Source of the DNA: a virus
IMG/VR virus record: IMGVR_UViG_3300012003_000002
Span: 1 to 64,000 of that record
Strand: one strand, 5' to 3'
Length of the DNA: 64,000 nt
The notes below the pieces were generated by a model. The model made no database searches. It had not been told where the DNA came from and saw only the letters and a program-made list of their open reading frames with translations. A program made the position numbers and the translations under genes. Below are positions 49,337-59,898 of the stretch, one piece after another; position 1 is the stretch's first letter; every line of letters starts with the position of its first letter.

Positions 49337-50848
49337 TTAGTTTAACAATGATGGAATCATTGATGCAGTTCTAGAAGCATCTTTTACCAATGAACCAACT
49401 CCTTCTACAAGAGCAGTCATTGTTGCAGAATCTTCCATTAATTGCATTGTTCCACCTCTACGACCTGTATAAGGATCTCTAATACCTGCCATATATCCAC
49501 GTAATTCGTCAGAACCTCTAACTTTTACTTTTTGAATATTTGGTTCTTCCATTGAACCGATATAAAGAATATCGTATCTGTAAGATTCAGCTACACCACC
49601 ATCTGGGTGAAGAATTTTATTACGAACTTTATCATCATACATTGGATCGACTTCTAACATTACGTGAATGTTATTAGGAGCTCTATATTCAGTAAATTGG
49701 AATCCTGCACTAAATGCATTATTGTGGAATTTAGAAGATACTTGTTTAATTGCATTTTGGTTTGTATTATCAAATCCTAATGAAGCCCAACCTGAAGCAA
49801 TTTCTGATACAGCTCTATGAAATTGAGCAGCTCCTCTTTCACCTGTACGTAACATAAATTTACGTTGATCCCAATCTAATTTACCTTCTGATAATTCAGA
49901 TAGTAAATCTTCCAACATACGAATAGAAAATCTATTGTAATAAGTGGTATTAGAAACTTCCATTTGTTCACGAATTCCTGAACCAGCTTTAATTTCAATA
50001 TTAGCATTACCTTTATTCAAGAAACGTCCATTTTCATCACGGTTTGTTTTACCAAACATGATAGTACGAGATTTAATACGAGATAAAGCTTTTTCAAATT
50101 GCCAGTAAACTTCCTGCATCCAAGTTGTAGAACTATGTACTTTTCCTGTGTTAGGATCTCTTGTTTCAATACCTGCATGATATACTGGTTGAATTTTACA
50201 ATCAATCATTGCACCTGAAACTTTATGTTCCATACGAATTGAAGTAACAGAATTTCTCATTAAGAAAGGAGAGGTAAATTGAATACCTGCACCTTGAATA
50301 GAAAGTTCATCTTCAACAGGAGCACCCTCAATAGAGAATCTATTTCCTGGTAAAAATTCATCTCCTGGAATACCTAATAGAGATTCTTGACCACCCCATA
50401 CTTCACAAGTATAAACATAGTTAGAACCTTCTTCATAAGGATCTTCAATAATTCTCATTTGATATGTATCTGGTCTATGACCTGCTATCAAATGCATTTT
50501 TGTAAACCATTTTTCAGCGAATACCATTTCAAATGTTGCTCTAGCAGCTCCAACACCGACAGTGTTAGCATCTACAACAGCTCCATTATATCTAGATTCA
50601 ACTAATGCAATACTACGTTCATCAGAACCAACAACTTTCCATACAAAATCATCTGCAGTGGCTATAATTTTTTCAGGAAATAATGATAAGGTTGTATCCA
50701 AATTTTTCATTCCTGAGTTTTGCAACAATACAGTTGTTAATGGTGAAATTAATTGTGGTTGAGAACCAAACAATTGAGAGATGTGATTTTTGAGACTAAG
50801 GCCGCTCCAAGCTTGACTTTTCGTCATAATAAATTTGCCTGCTGACAT
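49337..50848 (-). CDS. Major capsid protein (crAss-type)
   Basis: WSGLSLKNHI..FGSQPQ, GAPVEDELS, GSGIREQM, TGERGAAQF, AGFQFTEYRAPN, GGVAESYRYDI. Confidence 0.93.
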   Translation of the reverse strand: MSAGKFIMTKSQAWSGLSLKNHISQLFGSQPQLISPLTTVLLQNSGMKNLDTTLSLFPEKIIATADDFVWKVVGSDERSIALVESRYNGAVVDANTVGVGAARATFEMVFAEKWFTKMHLIAGHRPDTYQMRIIEDPYEEGSNYVYTCEVWGGQESLLGIPGDEFLPGNRFSIEGAPVEDELSIQGAGIQFTSPFLMRNSVTSIRMEHKVSGAMIDCKIQPVYHAGIETRDPNTGKVHSSTTWMQEVYWQFEKALSRIKSRTIMFGKTNRDENGRFLNKGNANIEIKAGSGIREQMEVSNTTYYNRFSIRMLEDLLSELSEGKLDWDQRKFMLRTGERGAAQFHRAVSEIASGWASLGFDNTNQNAIKQVSSKFHNNAFSAGFQFTEYRAPNNIHVMLEVDPMYDDKVRNKILHPDGGVAESYRYDILYIGSMEEPNIQKVKVRGSDELRGYMAGIRDPYTGRRGGTMQLMEDSATMTALVEGVGSLVKDASRTASMIPSLLN

Positions 50849-50901
50849 ATTATATATATATTTAAGTATATCACTTCATTGTAATATACAAAGTTTTCCA
50901 T

Positions 50902-51501
50902 TTAATCTTGGAAGGAGATTTTATTTATAAAACATTCATTGTAACCTCCAAATGTTTTTTGTGGAATATATTTTTCTACATTATTTAATAATTCAATTTC
51001 TTTATAAATAGCGTCGTATTTATTTAACATTGTTAATTCTAGAATTTCTGCAGTATATGGAATATTCTTTAATCTAGTTTTAATATCTTTTGTTAAACCG
51101 TATTTATAAAATTCAAAACCATTATCTTCGATTAATTTAAGATGATAGAAATAAAGAGTTTCAGTTAACCATAATTCTTTATTTCTTTCTGCAAGTGTTA
51201 AATTATATACTCCAGGAGCTTTTATTCTTTCAACACCTTCTCTAGCTTTTCTATTTCTTTTGTTTTGACATTCGTTAATTTTATCCCTATTATTTTTTGT
51301 ATAAAGTTTTCTTTTTTCTTTTAAGAGTTCTTTATTTTTATCATAATATTCTTTTCTAGATTTAGATCTATCTCGACTTCTATCTTTTTCACGAATTTCT
51401 TCTAGATTATTTAATCTCCATTGTTTTTTACGAGTATTAATACTTTCTTTATTTTCTTCGTAATATTTTTTATAAGTCTCTGGATTATATTTACCTCCCA
51501 A
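50902..51501 (-). CDS. Free-standing GIY-YIG/T5orf172-like endonuclease with basic helical repeats
   Basis: K.YYE.NKE repeats; YFYHL...FYKYGLT..I.TR...E..L...FGGYNECF. Confidence 0.7.
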   Translation of the reverse strand: MGGKYNPETYKKYYEENKESINTRKKQWRLNNLEEIREKDRSRDRSKSRKEYYDKNKELLKEKRKLYTKNNRDKINECQNKRNRKAREGVERIKAPGVYNLTLAERNKELWLTETLYFYHLKLIEDNGFEFYKYGLTKDIKTRLKNIPYTAEILELTMLNKYDAIYKEIELLNNVEKYIPQKTFGGYNECFINKISFQD

Positions 51502-51507
51502 AATTTA

Positions 51508-52590
51508 TTATAAATTTAACACATGACCTGAGAAATTACTATATGTATTTTCATCTTGTGCCCATAATGGAGTACCATTATCTTTTAATTTTGTTTTACG
51601 TGCAATTTGTTCTAAATCTTTTACAGCACTTGATTTAGCACTTATTGATATTTTACTTAAATCTTTAAAACCATTTGTAAGTTCATAAAAATGATACATT
51701 CTAATTTCAAATTCTAATGGATTTTCTCTTCGTTCTTTCATGAATTTATTTTCAAAAGTTCCATCTGGAGATTTACCAACAATATCATTAATTGACTTAT
51801 AAACTTTATCTTGTAAAACTTTATTAGGTTTTAATCCTGAAATTAAATCTTTAGATTCATAAATGGTTTTTTTCATTTGTTCATTTAATCTAGACTGTTC
51901 TAACTTATCTGATTCTAATCTTTCTTTATAAGAATTAGTTTCTTTTTCAATTTCACGATTCTTAAATTCTTTAAGACTTTCTAATGATTCTTCTGCATCT
52001 TCCAATATAGCATCATCACCTAAATCAACTAATCGATTTAACATCCTATTAGCTTTTTTTTCATCTAAACCCTGATTAAGATAATCATCGTAAATTATAC
52101 GTTTGGCTAAATCAATATCATTTTTTAATAAAGAAATATCAATAGAATTTAAATCATTAATTTCTTTTTTAACAGTTCCTATTTTATTTAAATCTAAATT
52201 TGCTAAATAATCATTTAGTCTTAATTCTGCTTGGATATCTAGTTCTTTATTAAAAACATTTGCAAAATCATCAGCAGATTTAATATCTTTTAAATCGATG
52301 TCAAGAGAAGGTAGCAATCCTTGTTCGTGAACAAAAGCGGCTAAAGAAGAATATAGGTTGGAAGAAGACTCACCGCCTTCACTACCTTCATCTTCAACAT
52401 CTTCCTCGTCTACTTCCTCTGAACTATTGTCCTCAACGTGGTTATTATTTTCTAATGTAGTATCTTCTACATTTGTGTTATTATTATTTTCTTCTTCATT
52501 GGTATTGTCATCTTCAGGTACTGCAAAATTAAAGTTTAATTCTTGATTTCCTTCAAATAAACCCATACCTAATTCATTATCGTCTTCCAT
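51508..52590 (-). CDS. Acidic scaffold-like head protein between portal and MCP
   Basis: D/E-rich N-terminus, helical body, ELTNGFKDLSK; crAss synteny. Confidence 0.65.
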   Translation of the reverse strand: MEDDNELGMGLFEGNQELNFNFAVPEDDNTNEEENNNNTNVEDTTLENNNHVEDNSSEEVDEEDVEDEGSEGGESSSNLYSSLAAFVHEQGLLPSLDIDLKDIKSADDFANVFNKELDIQAELRLNDYLANLDLNKIGTVKKEINDLNSIDISLLKNDIDLAKRIIYDDYLNQGLDEKKANRMLNRLVDLGDDAILEDAEESLESLKEFKNREIEKETNSYKERLESDKLEQSRLNEQMKKTIYESKDLISGLKPNKVLQDKVYKSINDIVGKSPDGTFENKFMKERRENPLEFEIRMYHFYELTNGFKDLSKISISAKSSAVKDLEQIARKTKLKDNGTPLWAQDENTYSNFSGHVLNL

Positions 52591-52629
52591 TCGATTATTT
52601 ATTATGTTTATGTTTTATTATAATTAATA

Positions 52630-52708
52630 CAAATATAATAAATTTTATGGTAAAAGTCAACTAAAAATTACAATATTCTTAGTTGATTAATTTTCGTCCA
52701 TAGCGTTT
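52630..52708 (-). promoter_or_regulatory. Promoter with upstream AAACGCTAT box (head genes)
   Basis: TTGA-N19-TATATTTG (52630-52660); box at 52700-52708. Confidence 0.75.
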
Positions 52709-52714
52709 ATCTTA

Positions 52715-55102
52715 TTATTTTTTCTTAATTCTAGCAATTTTATTTGCTTCTTCTCTTAATTTTACATTATCTGTATGTTTTTTCATATCATCATTTAATG
52801 CTTTTAATTTAAGATTATAATCCTTTCTAGCTTCAGTTATATTAAATTGAAGTTTTTCTTGTGCTAAAGGATCTTTAATTCCATCATCAATAACACTCAC
52901 TCCGTTAATATCTGCAGATAATTCTGCAATATAAACTTTAGTATCATTATCTCTTTGATTTTTTACATCTTCAAGTTCAAGTTTTCTATTTTCTAAATCA
53001 GCAGAAGTAGCATTTGCTTCTTGTTGTGTTTTATTAGCATCTTGTGCTTGTTGAGATTGATTTTGTTGCATTTGTTCTTCCGCCATTTCTAACTTACGTC
53101 TCATATCCATTAATGAAGGACTAAAATAAATATCCATTATTGTAGTCATTGAACCACCATTTTGAATAAATGCTTGAGCATATTGTTTAATAGCATTTTC
53201 AAGTTCCATTATTTTAGGAGTATTTGATACTAATAAACCGTAATCAGACTCTGCAAAAGTTTCACCTTCCATATTTAAAATCTCAATAGTTTGATCATCT
53301 AGTATATACTGCACTTTTTTATTTTCAACATCTTTTAATGCTATTTTAGCAGTTTCTAAAAATGCTTCTAATACTCTAATTTTAACAGCTTCGTGTTGCA
53401 TAAACCAATATTCAGTAATATGACTTGATTGATTTACAGAACGTTCTACACCACCTACAGTTTCACTATTTGAAATTTGTCCTTCACGTTGTCTTGATAC
53501 ACCACAAAGTTCACCCATTTCAACTTTAATAAATTCTAGTAATTGAATATGTTGTTGTATATAAGCACCTGTTTCCATATCAATAGCTCTTCCACCAACA
53601 GTATTCATATTACCTGCAAGTTTACCTGTAGATTGACCATGTTGACCTTCTTTGAATGAATCTACTACAGCAATCTTATTTACTACTGCAAAATGCATCC
53701 ATTTTTCAATTTCCCAGTTAGCTGGTACTTTTGCTAAATCAAGTTCTAATATTTTACCATAGTTTGTAGATATTGCTTTATTAAGTCTATCAAACATTAC
53801 ATCATACATATATTGAAAGTTTTTAGCTCTATCTACTAAAGATACAGATTTACCTTGATTAGTATTATATATTTGACCAATTACACCTAAATGACCTTTA
53901 GATGGGTTATTAGCTTTTACATACTGAACTTGTAAAGGTCTCATTTTAAGATAAATATCTCTACCTAATTTTACACCTTCCCAACCTTCGGATACCCAAA
54001 AGTCTGTAGATTCTTCACCTAAATTTTTATCTACTTTATATTCTTCAGATTCAAATCTAAATTGTTCATCACCATATTCATCATAGAATTTAATCTTTTT
54101 AACTTTACGTAATGATTTCCATCTAACTTTTAATTCTCTAATATTACCATTTTCATCAGTATAGTTAGTATTAAAATAATGACCATTTAATTCAGCCATT
54201 TGAGTCATACTATCATATAATCCAGCAGCATCAGTTCTATCTCTAAATAACGTATGATTATCATAATCTTCAGAGTAAGTACCTCTACTTGTTCTTGTAG
54301 AGTATTCTAATAAATGATCAATTTCATCAGGTTTAAGTTCATCGTAATATTCATCTACTAATTGATTAGGAGATTTATGATCTTCCATAATAATAATATC
54401 AGCATCTTCAAATCTATTTGAATTACCCGTTCTAACAGAATGAACTTTTAATGGATTTAATTTTTGAAAAGTAGGTTCACCATGAGATATATTAACTAAA
54501 TATATTTCTTCTGCAACAAGTAAAGCGTCTTTAAATCCTTCTGTAAATTTCTCAGAAAATTTTAATTCTTGCCAATAATGTCTAAGAATTTGATTTGCCA
54601 TTTTTTCACGAATGTCTTTCCAAGTATATTTCATATATTTACCTAATTCATCCATTTTTTGTTTTAACTCATCATCTTTATAATTTTCTTGTAACATTTG
54701 ACTAAGTTTTTGAAAAAGAAATGTTTTTTTATCTTCTTCTTTCTTAGTAATTGCATCTGGATTAGTTACAATAACAGACCAATCAAATCTACGTTTAATT
54801 TCTTCACCTACTAATAAATCAATTTTAGGAACAATGATAGGTATATGTGGTATCATTTTAGGTACATAACTTGCTTCTAAGTGATGTGGATTAACAACTT
54901 CTGTTAAATCCTGCATATCTAAAATACCATTATAAAGATTATAATTAATAACTTTATTTTTAAATGTACGTCTAATTCTATCATCATGATAAAATGAATG
55001 TTTATCTGAAAAATCTAAATTATCTTTTCTCCATTCTTTATCTTTTTTACTATAAGGTAATCTTTGTCGTGGTTGTTGTATTCTTAAATTACGTACTTCC
55101 AT
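52715..55102 (-). CDS. Portal protein
   Basis: PRQRLPYSKK..EW, NYNLYNG, PKIDLLVGEE.KR, GVSRQREGQI, ETVGGVERS; after TerL. Confidence 0.92.
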   Translation of the reverse strand: MEVRNLRIQQPRQRLPYSKKDKEWRKDNLDFSDKHSFYHDDRIRRTFKNKVINYNLYNGILDMQDLTEVVNPHHLEASYVPKMIPHIPIIVPKIDLLVGEEIKRRFDWSVIVTNPDAITKKEEDKKTFLFQKLSQMLQENYKDDELKQKMDELGKYMKYTWKDIREKMANQILRHYWQELKFSEKFTEGFKDALLVAEEIYLVNISHGEPTFQKLNPLKVHSVRTGNSNRFEDADIIIMEDHKSPNQLVDEYYDELKPDEIDHLLEYSTRTSRGTYSEDYDNHTLFRDRTDAAGLYDSMTQMAELNGHYFNTNYTDENGNIRELKVRWKSLRKVKKIKFYDEYGDEQFRFESEEYKVDKNLGEESTDFWVSEGWEGVKLGRDIYLKMRPLQVQYVKANNPSKGHLGVIGQIYNTNQGKSVSLVDRAKNFQYMYDVMFDRLNKAISTNYGKILELDLAKVPANWEIEKWMHFAVVNKIAVVDSFKEGQHGQSTGKLAGNMNTVGGRAIDMETGAYIQQHIQLLEFIKVEMGELCGVSRQREGQISNSETVGGVERSVNQSSHITEYWFMQHEAVKIRVLEAFLETAKIALKDVENKKVQYILDDQTIEILNMEGETFAESDYGLLVSNTPKIMELENAIKQYAQAFIQNGGSMTTIMDIYFSPSLMDMRRKLEMAEEQMQQNQSQQAQDANKTQQEANATSADLENRKLELEDVKNQRDNDTKVYIAELSADINGVSVIDDGIKDPLAQEKLQFNITEARKDYNLKLKALNDDMKKHTDNVKLREEANKIARIKKK

Positions 55103-55124
55103 TTATCTAATTTTATTTAACTTT

Positions 55125-55204
55125 ACAATATACAACATTTTACTTTTAATTCAAAATGATTTATCATATATTAATAGTATATTTGATTTTCGTTCATAGC
55201 GTTT
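55125..55204 (-). promoter_or_regulatory. Portal promoter with upstream AAACGCTAT box embedded in terL 3' end
   Basis: Variant -7 TATATTGT, TTTG upstream; box at 55196-55204. Confidence 0.6.
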
Positions 55205-57444
55205 GGTTTATTAAAATTTTTATTAAAGAATTTATCATTTGCTAAAGTTTCAACTTGTTTATCTTTATTAGCTATTGCAGATTGTGTTCTTTTATATCTA
55301 TCTTCTCGAAGTATAAATAACATACCACCTGCAGATACTCTATCAAAGTTACCATCTGAATTCCATTTAATACATTCTTCAATATATGCCAAACCTCTTA
55401 TAGTATGTAATTTTAATTTACCAGGATTTTCTTCATCTTCTACAGATGTATTCATCCAATCAGCTTGTAACTTTCTGCCCCATTTATTTACTTCAGCATT
55501 TGCCATTGTACCTTTTGATGTATTACCATAACCCATATCTTTAGTCATTTGCATATCTTTAAGAATTTGAGGTGTGTCACATAATCTAAACAATGCATTC
55601 TTTTTATCAAAGTAACTAAATAAACCTTTTAAGTTTTTTTCATAATTAGCTATAGCATTATAAAATTCTAATGTTCTTAATGCTATTTCATAAGCTTCTT
55701 CTGCCAATCTAGGTCTTCCTGAAAATTCTGCTACAATTCTATCTGTAAATAAATCCATAACTATTATTGAAAATAATGAAGTTCCTGAATCTGCATCGAT
55801 TGGATCAATTCCTGCAATATATCTACCATGTGCTATTTCACCATTTGCGTTTTCAGAAGGCATTTCAAATATTTCTAAACATCCTTCACGATTAGCATTA
55901 TCTTTATCATAACTTCTTAATGGAAATTTATCATTATTTAATCTCCATTTAAGTTTACCATCACTAGTTCTAACTATTTCTCCAACATAATGTTCAGCTA
56001 AAAAAGATTCTTTTCTTACCATTATAGTTTCTAAATAATCTTTAAGATCTGATACTGGAAATACAGTTCCCTCAGTACGCATAATAGCTTCTTGAGGAGT
56101 AATTGGTTCCTCAGCTTTCTTTTGAGTAATTGCAGAAGGATCTGACGAATTATATTTAATTTTATATCTATTCGTAAGAATTTGTAATAAAGCTTTAATT
56201 ACATCAGGTTCACCACATTCTTCATCATAACAACCATTACGATTTAAATATCCACCCCAAAAGAATCCACAAGTAGTATCTCCTCTAGTATTTTTATCAA
56301 ATACATTAGGAATACCATATATTTCATAAGCAGCAGTATTGTAAAATAGTTTTTCAGAACCTTCAAATGAACCTCCTTCAACTCCACCTGTTCCGCCTGC
56401 TAACATAAATCCAAAACCTACATCTCCATCCTCAACAGCTTTTAAATTCACATTCCAAGCTTTTTCAAGATTAGGAAATAAACCATCTTCTTCATAATGA
56501 ATAAGTGGTCCACGAATACCCCTAGCTTTATCAGGATTATCTTTTAATGATATTCCGTGTACAGAAGATAATAATCCTTGACGTACACCATATTCATCTT
56601 TAAATCCTAATTGTATTTCTAAAGTACTACCAGCTCTATCTACAGTTCTCATTCTAGGTAAAGGTGTATGTTTTGCAATCCAGTCAAGAGTATCTACAAC
56701 TTTACCCCAAATACCTTTATCACCAGCTAAGAAAGTTTTTTCAGATGCTAAGTGAAAATTAGGGTTTCCTGTTCCAGGATATACATACATATTACAAGGT
56801 GATATTGCTCCCATTTTAAACGAAAATCCAACCCCCCTTGTTTTAAGAAGTTTACCGTGCATACCACCATCTCTAGCTTGTTGCATATAATGATAGAATA
56901 AATAATCTCCTAACCAAGGTTTTGGAAATTTTTGTACACGTTCTCCTTTTTGTTTCCTGCCTGTACTTTCAGTTTTAACAATTTCAACTAACCATATTGG
57001 ACTATAATTCCAATAAAAATATAATTGACCTGGAATCCATTCACCATCACTTTCTCTAACTAATCCATATTTCCATCTACGTTGTTCTTCTTTCCAGAAT
57101 TCAGCATATGTAGATTTGGGATTTGGATTAGGTGTTAAATGAGTATATTTATTATGTTTTTCAAAGAATAATGCACGTTCTCTAAAGAAATCCATATCTT
57201 CTAAAATATGAGGATTTGTTAAATCTACATTAACTCTACTATCATTATAAAACTTAGTTTCTCTAGGTCTATTTTTAGCATAACCACGAATATCTTCAGT
57301 AGCTACTAATCTTCTAATAAATTCTATAGAAGATAAAAAGTCTATTAATTCCAACCAAACTTCTCTTGGGACTGAGTTTTTAATTTCATCAGTTAAAGGA
57401 GTTTGAAATTTATTCATTTTATAAAGGGATTTTATTTCATCCAT
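55171..57444 (-). CDS. terL: Terminase large subunit
   Basis: LKTRGVGFS Walker A, YEEDG Walker B, GGTGG, YIAGIDP, NFDRVSA. Confidence 0.95.
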   Translation of the reverse strand: MDEIKSLYKMNKFQTPLTDEIKNSVPREVWLELIDFLSSIEFIRRLVATEDIRGYAKNRPRETKFYNDSRVNVDLTNPHILEDMDFFRERALFFEKHNKYTHLTPNPNPKSTYAEFWKEEQRRWKYGLVRESDGEWIPGQLYFYWNYSPIWLVEIVKTESTGRKQKGERVQKFPKPWLGDYLFYHYMQQARDGGMHGKLLKTRGVGFSFKMGAISPCNMYVYPGTGNPNFHLASEKTFLAGDKGIWGKVVDTLDWIAKHTPLPRMRTVDRAGSTLEIQLGFKDEYGVRQGLLSSVHGISLKDNPDKARGIRGPLIHYEEDGLFPNLEKAWNVNLKAVEDGDVGFGFMLAGGTGGVEGGSFEGSEKLFYNTAAYEIYGIPNVFDKNTRGDTTCGFFWGGYLNRNGCYDEECGEPDVIKALLQILTNRYKIKYNSSDPSAITQKKAEEPITPQEAIMRTEGTVFPVSDLKDYLETIMVRKESFLAEHYVGEIVRTSDGKLKWRLNNDKFPLRSYDKDNANREGCLEIFEMPSENANGEIAHGRYIAGIDPIDADSGTSLFSIIVMDLFTDRIVAEFSGRPRLAEEAYEIALRTLEFYNAIANYEKNLKGLFSYFDKKNALFRLCDTPQILKDMQMTKDMGYGNTSKGTMANAEVNKWGRKLQADWMNTSVEDEENPGKLKLHTIRGLAYIEECIKWNSDGNFDRVSAGGMLFILREDRYKRTQSAIANKDKQVETLANDKFFNKNFNKPNAMNENQIYY

Positions 57445-58916
57445 TCTTCAGAATTTAATACTACAGCTTCAGTACTGAGTATAACTTTAGCAACTGATAC
57501 TGCATTTTCTAATGCACATCTAGTTACTTTAAGAGGGTCAATAATATTTAAATCAAAACCTATACCTGGAGTTTGATCTTTTATATTACAACCATTTTGT
57601 TTTATTGTATTTAATGGTGCAAAAAAACAACTATAAATAGAATCTATTAAATTTTTAGAATCAAAGGTATCATAAAAATTTAAATTAAAAACACATTGTT
57701 TTAAAGCTATTCCAGCACCTTCTACAATACCTTCTTCTAATGCACAAGCTACAGCTTTAACAGCATCATCATATCTATCAAAACGTTCTTTTACTTCAAG
57801 TTCTGATTTACCACCAACTTTAATAATAGATATTTTACCTTTAAGATATTCAATTCTTTGTTTAATTAAATCTTTATCGTGTTCAGCTAACTCTATATTC
57901 TTAGATAATTCAGTTAGAGATTCTAATTTAATAGAAACATCTACAGAATCATCTTTAACTAATATACTATTGTTTTTAGATATTTTACAAGATTGTAATT
58001 TACCAAGAATATCTGTGTTATAAGATTTAGATATATCTGTAATTAATGTACTCCCAGTAAACTCACATAGATCTTGCAATAGATCTTTACGGTGTTTAGA
58101 GAAGCCTGGCGACTTAATAATACATATTGGTAATGATTGTGATAGAACTAAAGTTTCAAGCTTTCTAAGAGCTTGTTCGTGAATATCTTCAACAATTATT
58201 AATAGTGAATTATTAGGTTGTTGTGTCAATTCTAATATAGCTCTAAAGTTTTCTAACTTTTCTAATTTACCATCAATAATTAAAGTGTTAACATTAGTAA
58301 ATTCACAAATACCTTTAGATTGATTTGTAATAAAATGTTTAGAGAAGTAACTCACTGGAAGTGCCATTCCTGGTAAAGTATCTAACACATCTTCTGTATT
58401 AGAACTCTCTTCAATTTTAACTATATCAGAATGGTTATAAGCCTGTTGAATAAGCTCACCAATCTGTAGATCGTTATTAGCAGATATGCTAGCAACGTGT
58501 TTAATATCTTCATGTTTTAATTCTCGTGAATTAAGTTTTAGTTGTTCAATAACTTTTGGTATAATCTCATCAAAAGCTTTGTTAATATCTACAGATTTAA
58601 AATCTTTTAAATTATTAACAAATGCTGTAGCTAATACTATTGATGTTGTTGTACCATCTCCCGCTTCATCAGCTGTTTTTTTAGCAACCTGTTTAATTAA
58701 GTTTGCACCAATATTCTTTAATGGGTCTTTAAATGTGATTTGTTCTGCAACGGATACTCCATCTTTAGTTATAATATATTCCCCATATTTGTTTTTATTA
58801 GGTATAATTACAGTAGCACCATTTGGTCCCATTGTAGAACTAACAGCTCTATTTAAATCATTAATACCTTCTATAATCTTATCTCTCGCTTCTTTTCCAA
58901 AATATAATTCTTCCAT
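57432..58916 (-). CDS. groEL: Phage GroEL-like chaperonin
   Basis: STMGPNG, ITKDGVSVA, AGDGTTT, ISANND, KSPGF, IKVGG.SE.E.KE..DR.DDA, IIDPLKV; no GGM tail. Confidence 0.93.
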   Translation of the reverse strand: MEELYFGKEARDKIIEGINDLNRAVSSTMGPNGATVIIPNKNKYGEYIITKDGVSVAEQITFKDPLKNIGANLIKQVAKKTADEAGDGTTTSIVLATAFVNNLKDFKSVDINKAFDEIIPKVIEQLKLNSRELKHEDIKHVASISANNDLQIGELIQQAYNHSDIVKIEESSNTEDVLDTLPGMALPVSYFSKHFITNQSKGICEFTNVNTLIIDGKLEKLENFRAILELTQQPNNSLLIIVEDIHEQALRKLETLVLSQSLPICIIKSPGFSKHRKDLLQDLCEFTGSTLITDISKSYNTDILGKLQSCKISKNNSILVKDDSVDVSIKLESLTELSKNIELAEHDKDLIKQRIEYLKGKISIIKVGGKSELEVKERFDRYDDAVKAVACALEEGIVEGAGIALKQCVFNLNFYDTFDSKNLIDSIYSCFFAPLNTIKQNGCNIKDQTPGIGFDLNIIDPLKVTRCALENAVSVAKVILSTEAVVLNSEEWMK

Positions 58917-59077
58917 TATCGTTTTAATTTTAAATTAGCAACATCTATATCTAAAAAATAACCTAAATCTTCAACATATATTAATTTAAAAGGTCCTTTA
59001 TATTTTTCCAACTTATCTTTAAAAGCATTAAACTCTGGTTGTATATCTTTTAAAAAATCTTCTATTGTTATTTCCAT
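58916..59077 (-). CDS. Small hypothetical protein (53 aa; not in ORF track)
   Basis: MEITIEDFLKD...KLKR; TAATG coupling to groEL. Confidence 0.55.
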   Translation of the reverse strand: MEITIEDFLKDIQPEFNAFKDKLEKYKGPFKLIYVEDLGYFLDIDVANLKLKR

Positions 59078-59078
59078 A

Positions 59079-59648
59079 TTATTCAAATTTTAAACCTCCT
59101 TCGTATATTCCCATAGCCTGTTGACCTTTCATACGTCCTTCAGTTTCTATTTTCTCTTTAATTAATTCTTTTTCTGCTGCTTTTAAATCCTGCATCACAA
59201 CTTTAATTTTACTAATACCACCTACAATAGTTGTTAATGTAGTTACTGGTTTGTTTCTATCATCACGTTCTTCTAATAGCTCTTTAGTCTTAGTTAAGTA
59301 TTCTGATATATCATTAGCAGCTAATAAAGCATTTTTATACAATTTACCAATTACAGTTAAACTTCGTTCTTCATAGAAGTTAATTGCATCTTGCATTACA
59401 GAATCTATCTTCCAATTATCAGGAAGTTGTAAATCTTTTATAATTTCTTCAGTTCTAAATTTAATATCTATAATTAAATAATCAGATTTAATATCTGTAT
59501 AGTAATATATAAATAACATTTCTTTTAATGCTAAATCTTTATTACGACTCTTATCTCGTTTTAATATTTTTTTAAAGGGTTCTAATCCCCATATTTGGTC
59601 CTCAACAGTGAGAACTCCATCTTTTAATAGGAAACCATTCATCGGCAT
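59079..59648 (-). CDS. Conserved crAss protein upstream of terL (possible small terminase)
   Basis: RDKSRNK..A.KE..FIY..D..SDY; synteny. The TerS role is inference. Confidence 0.55.
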   Translation of the reverse strand: MPMNGFLLKDGVLTVEDQIWGLEPFKKILKRDKSRNKDLALKEMLFIYYYTDIKSDYLIIDIKFRTEEIIKDLQLPDNWKIDSVMQDAINFYEERSLTVIGKLYKNALLAANDISEYLTKTKELLEERDDRNKPVTTLTTIVGGISKIKVVMQDLKAAEKELIKEKIETEGRMKGQQAMGIYEGGLKFE

Positions 59649-59664
59649 TAATTTTGTTTTATAC

Positions 59665-59702
59665 CTATAAAACCCAACTAGATTTCTCAGGTTGGGTTAT
59701 AG
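59665..59702 (-). terminator. Hairpin / terminator
   Basis: AACCCAAC...GTTGGGTT followed by TTAT. Confidence 0.55.
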
Positions 59703-59706
59703 TTTA

Positions 59707-59880
59707 TTATTTTTTAACTTTTGATAGTTCTTCTTTAACTTCTACAGGTTCTTGTAAAGCATTTTTAACTACATTTAAAGCTGCTAGAATTGTAGCAGAT
59801 TCTTCTAATTTAAAAGCACCTTTAGAATTTGCTAAATTTAAAGCTTGTTCAATAATTTGTATTCCTTGTTCTTTTTCCAT
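59707..59880 (-). CDS. Small helical protein (57 aa; not in ORF track)
   Basis: MEKEQGIQIIEQALNLANSKGAFKLEESATILAAL... Confidence 0.7.
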   Translation of the reverse strand: MEKEQGIQIIEQALNLANSKGAFKLEESATILAALNVVKNALQEPVEVKEELSKVKK

Positions 59881-59898
59881 ATTTAATTTAATTATAAT

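Noticed and set aside
50881-50911. Dedicated MCP promoter (TATATTAC)
   Set aside because: Poor -7 match, no spaced -33 box and no upstream box at the 70-nt offset.
16693-52546. Other short overlapping ORFs (16693, 24346, 24763, 25659, 28324, 32581, 36023, 38989, 39024, 40443, 41187, 47588, 50017, 50387, 50562, 52358)
   Set aside because: Antisense or off-frame to well-supported genes, with no motifs; 61558, 62116 and 62691 are rejected for the same reason.
49337-57444. Inteins or introns in TerL, portal or MCP
   Set aside because: Normal lengths, uninterrupted frames and no splice-junction motifs seen.
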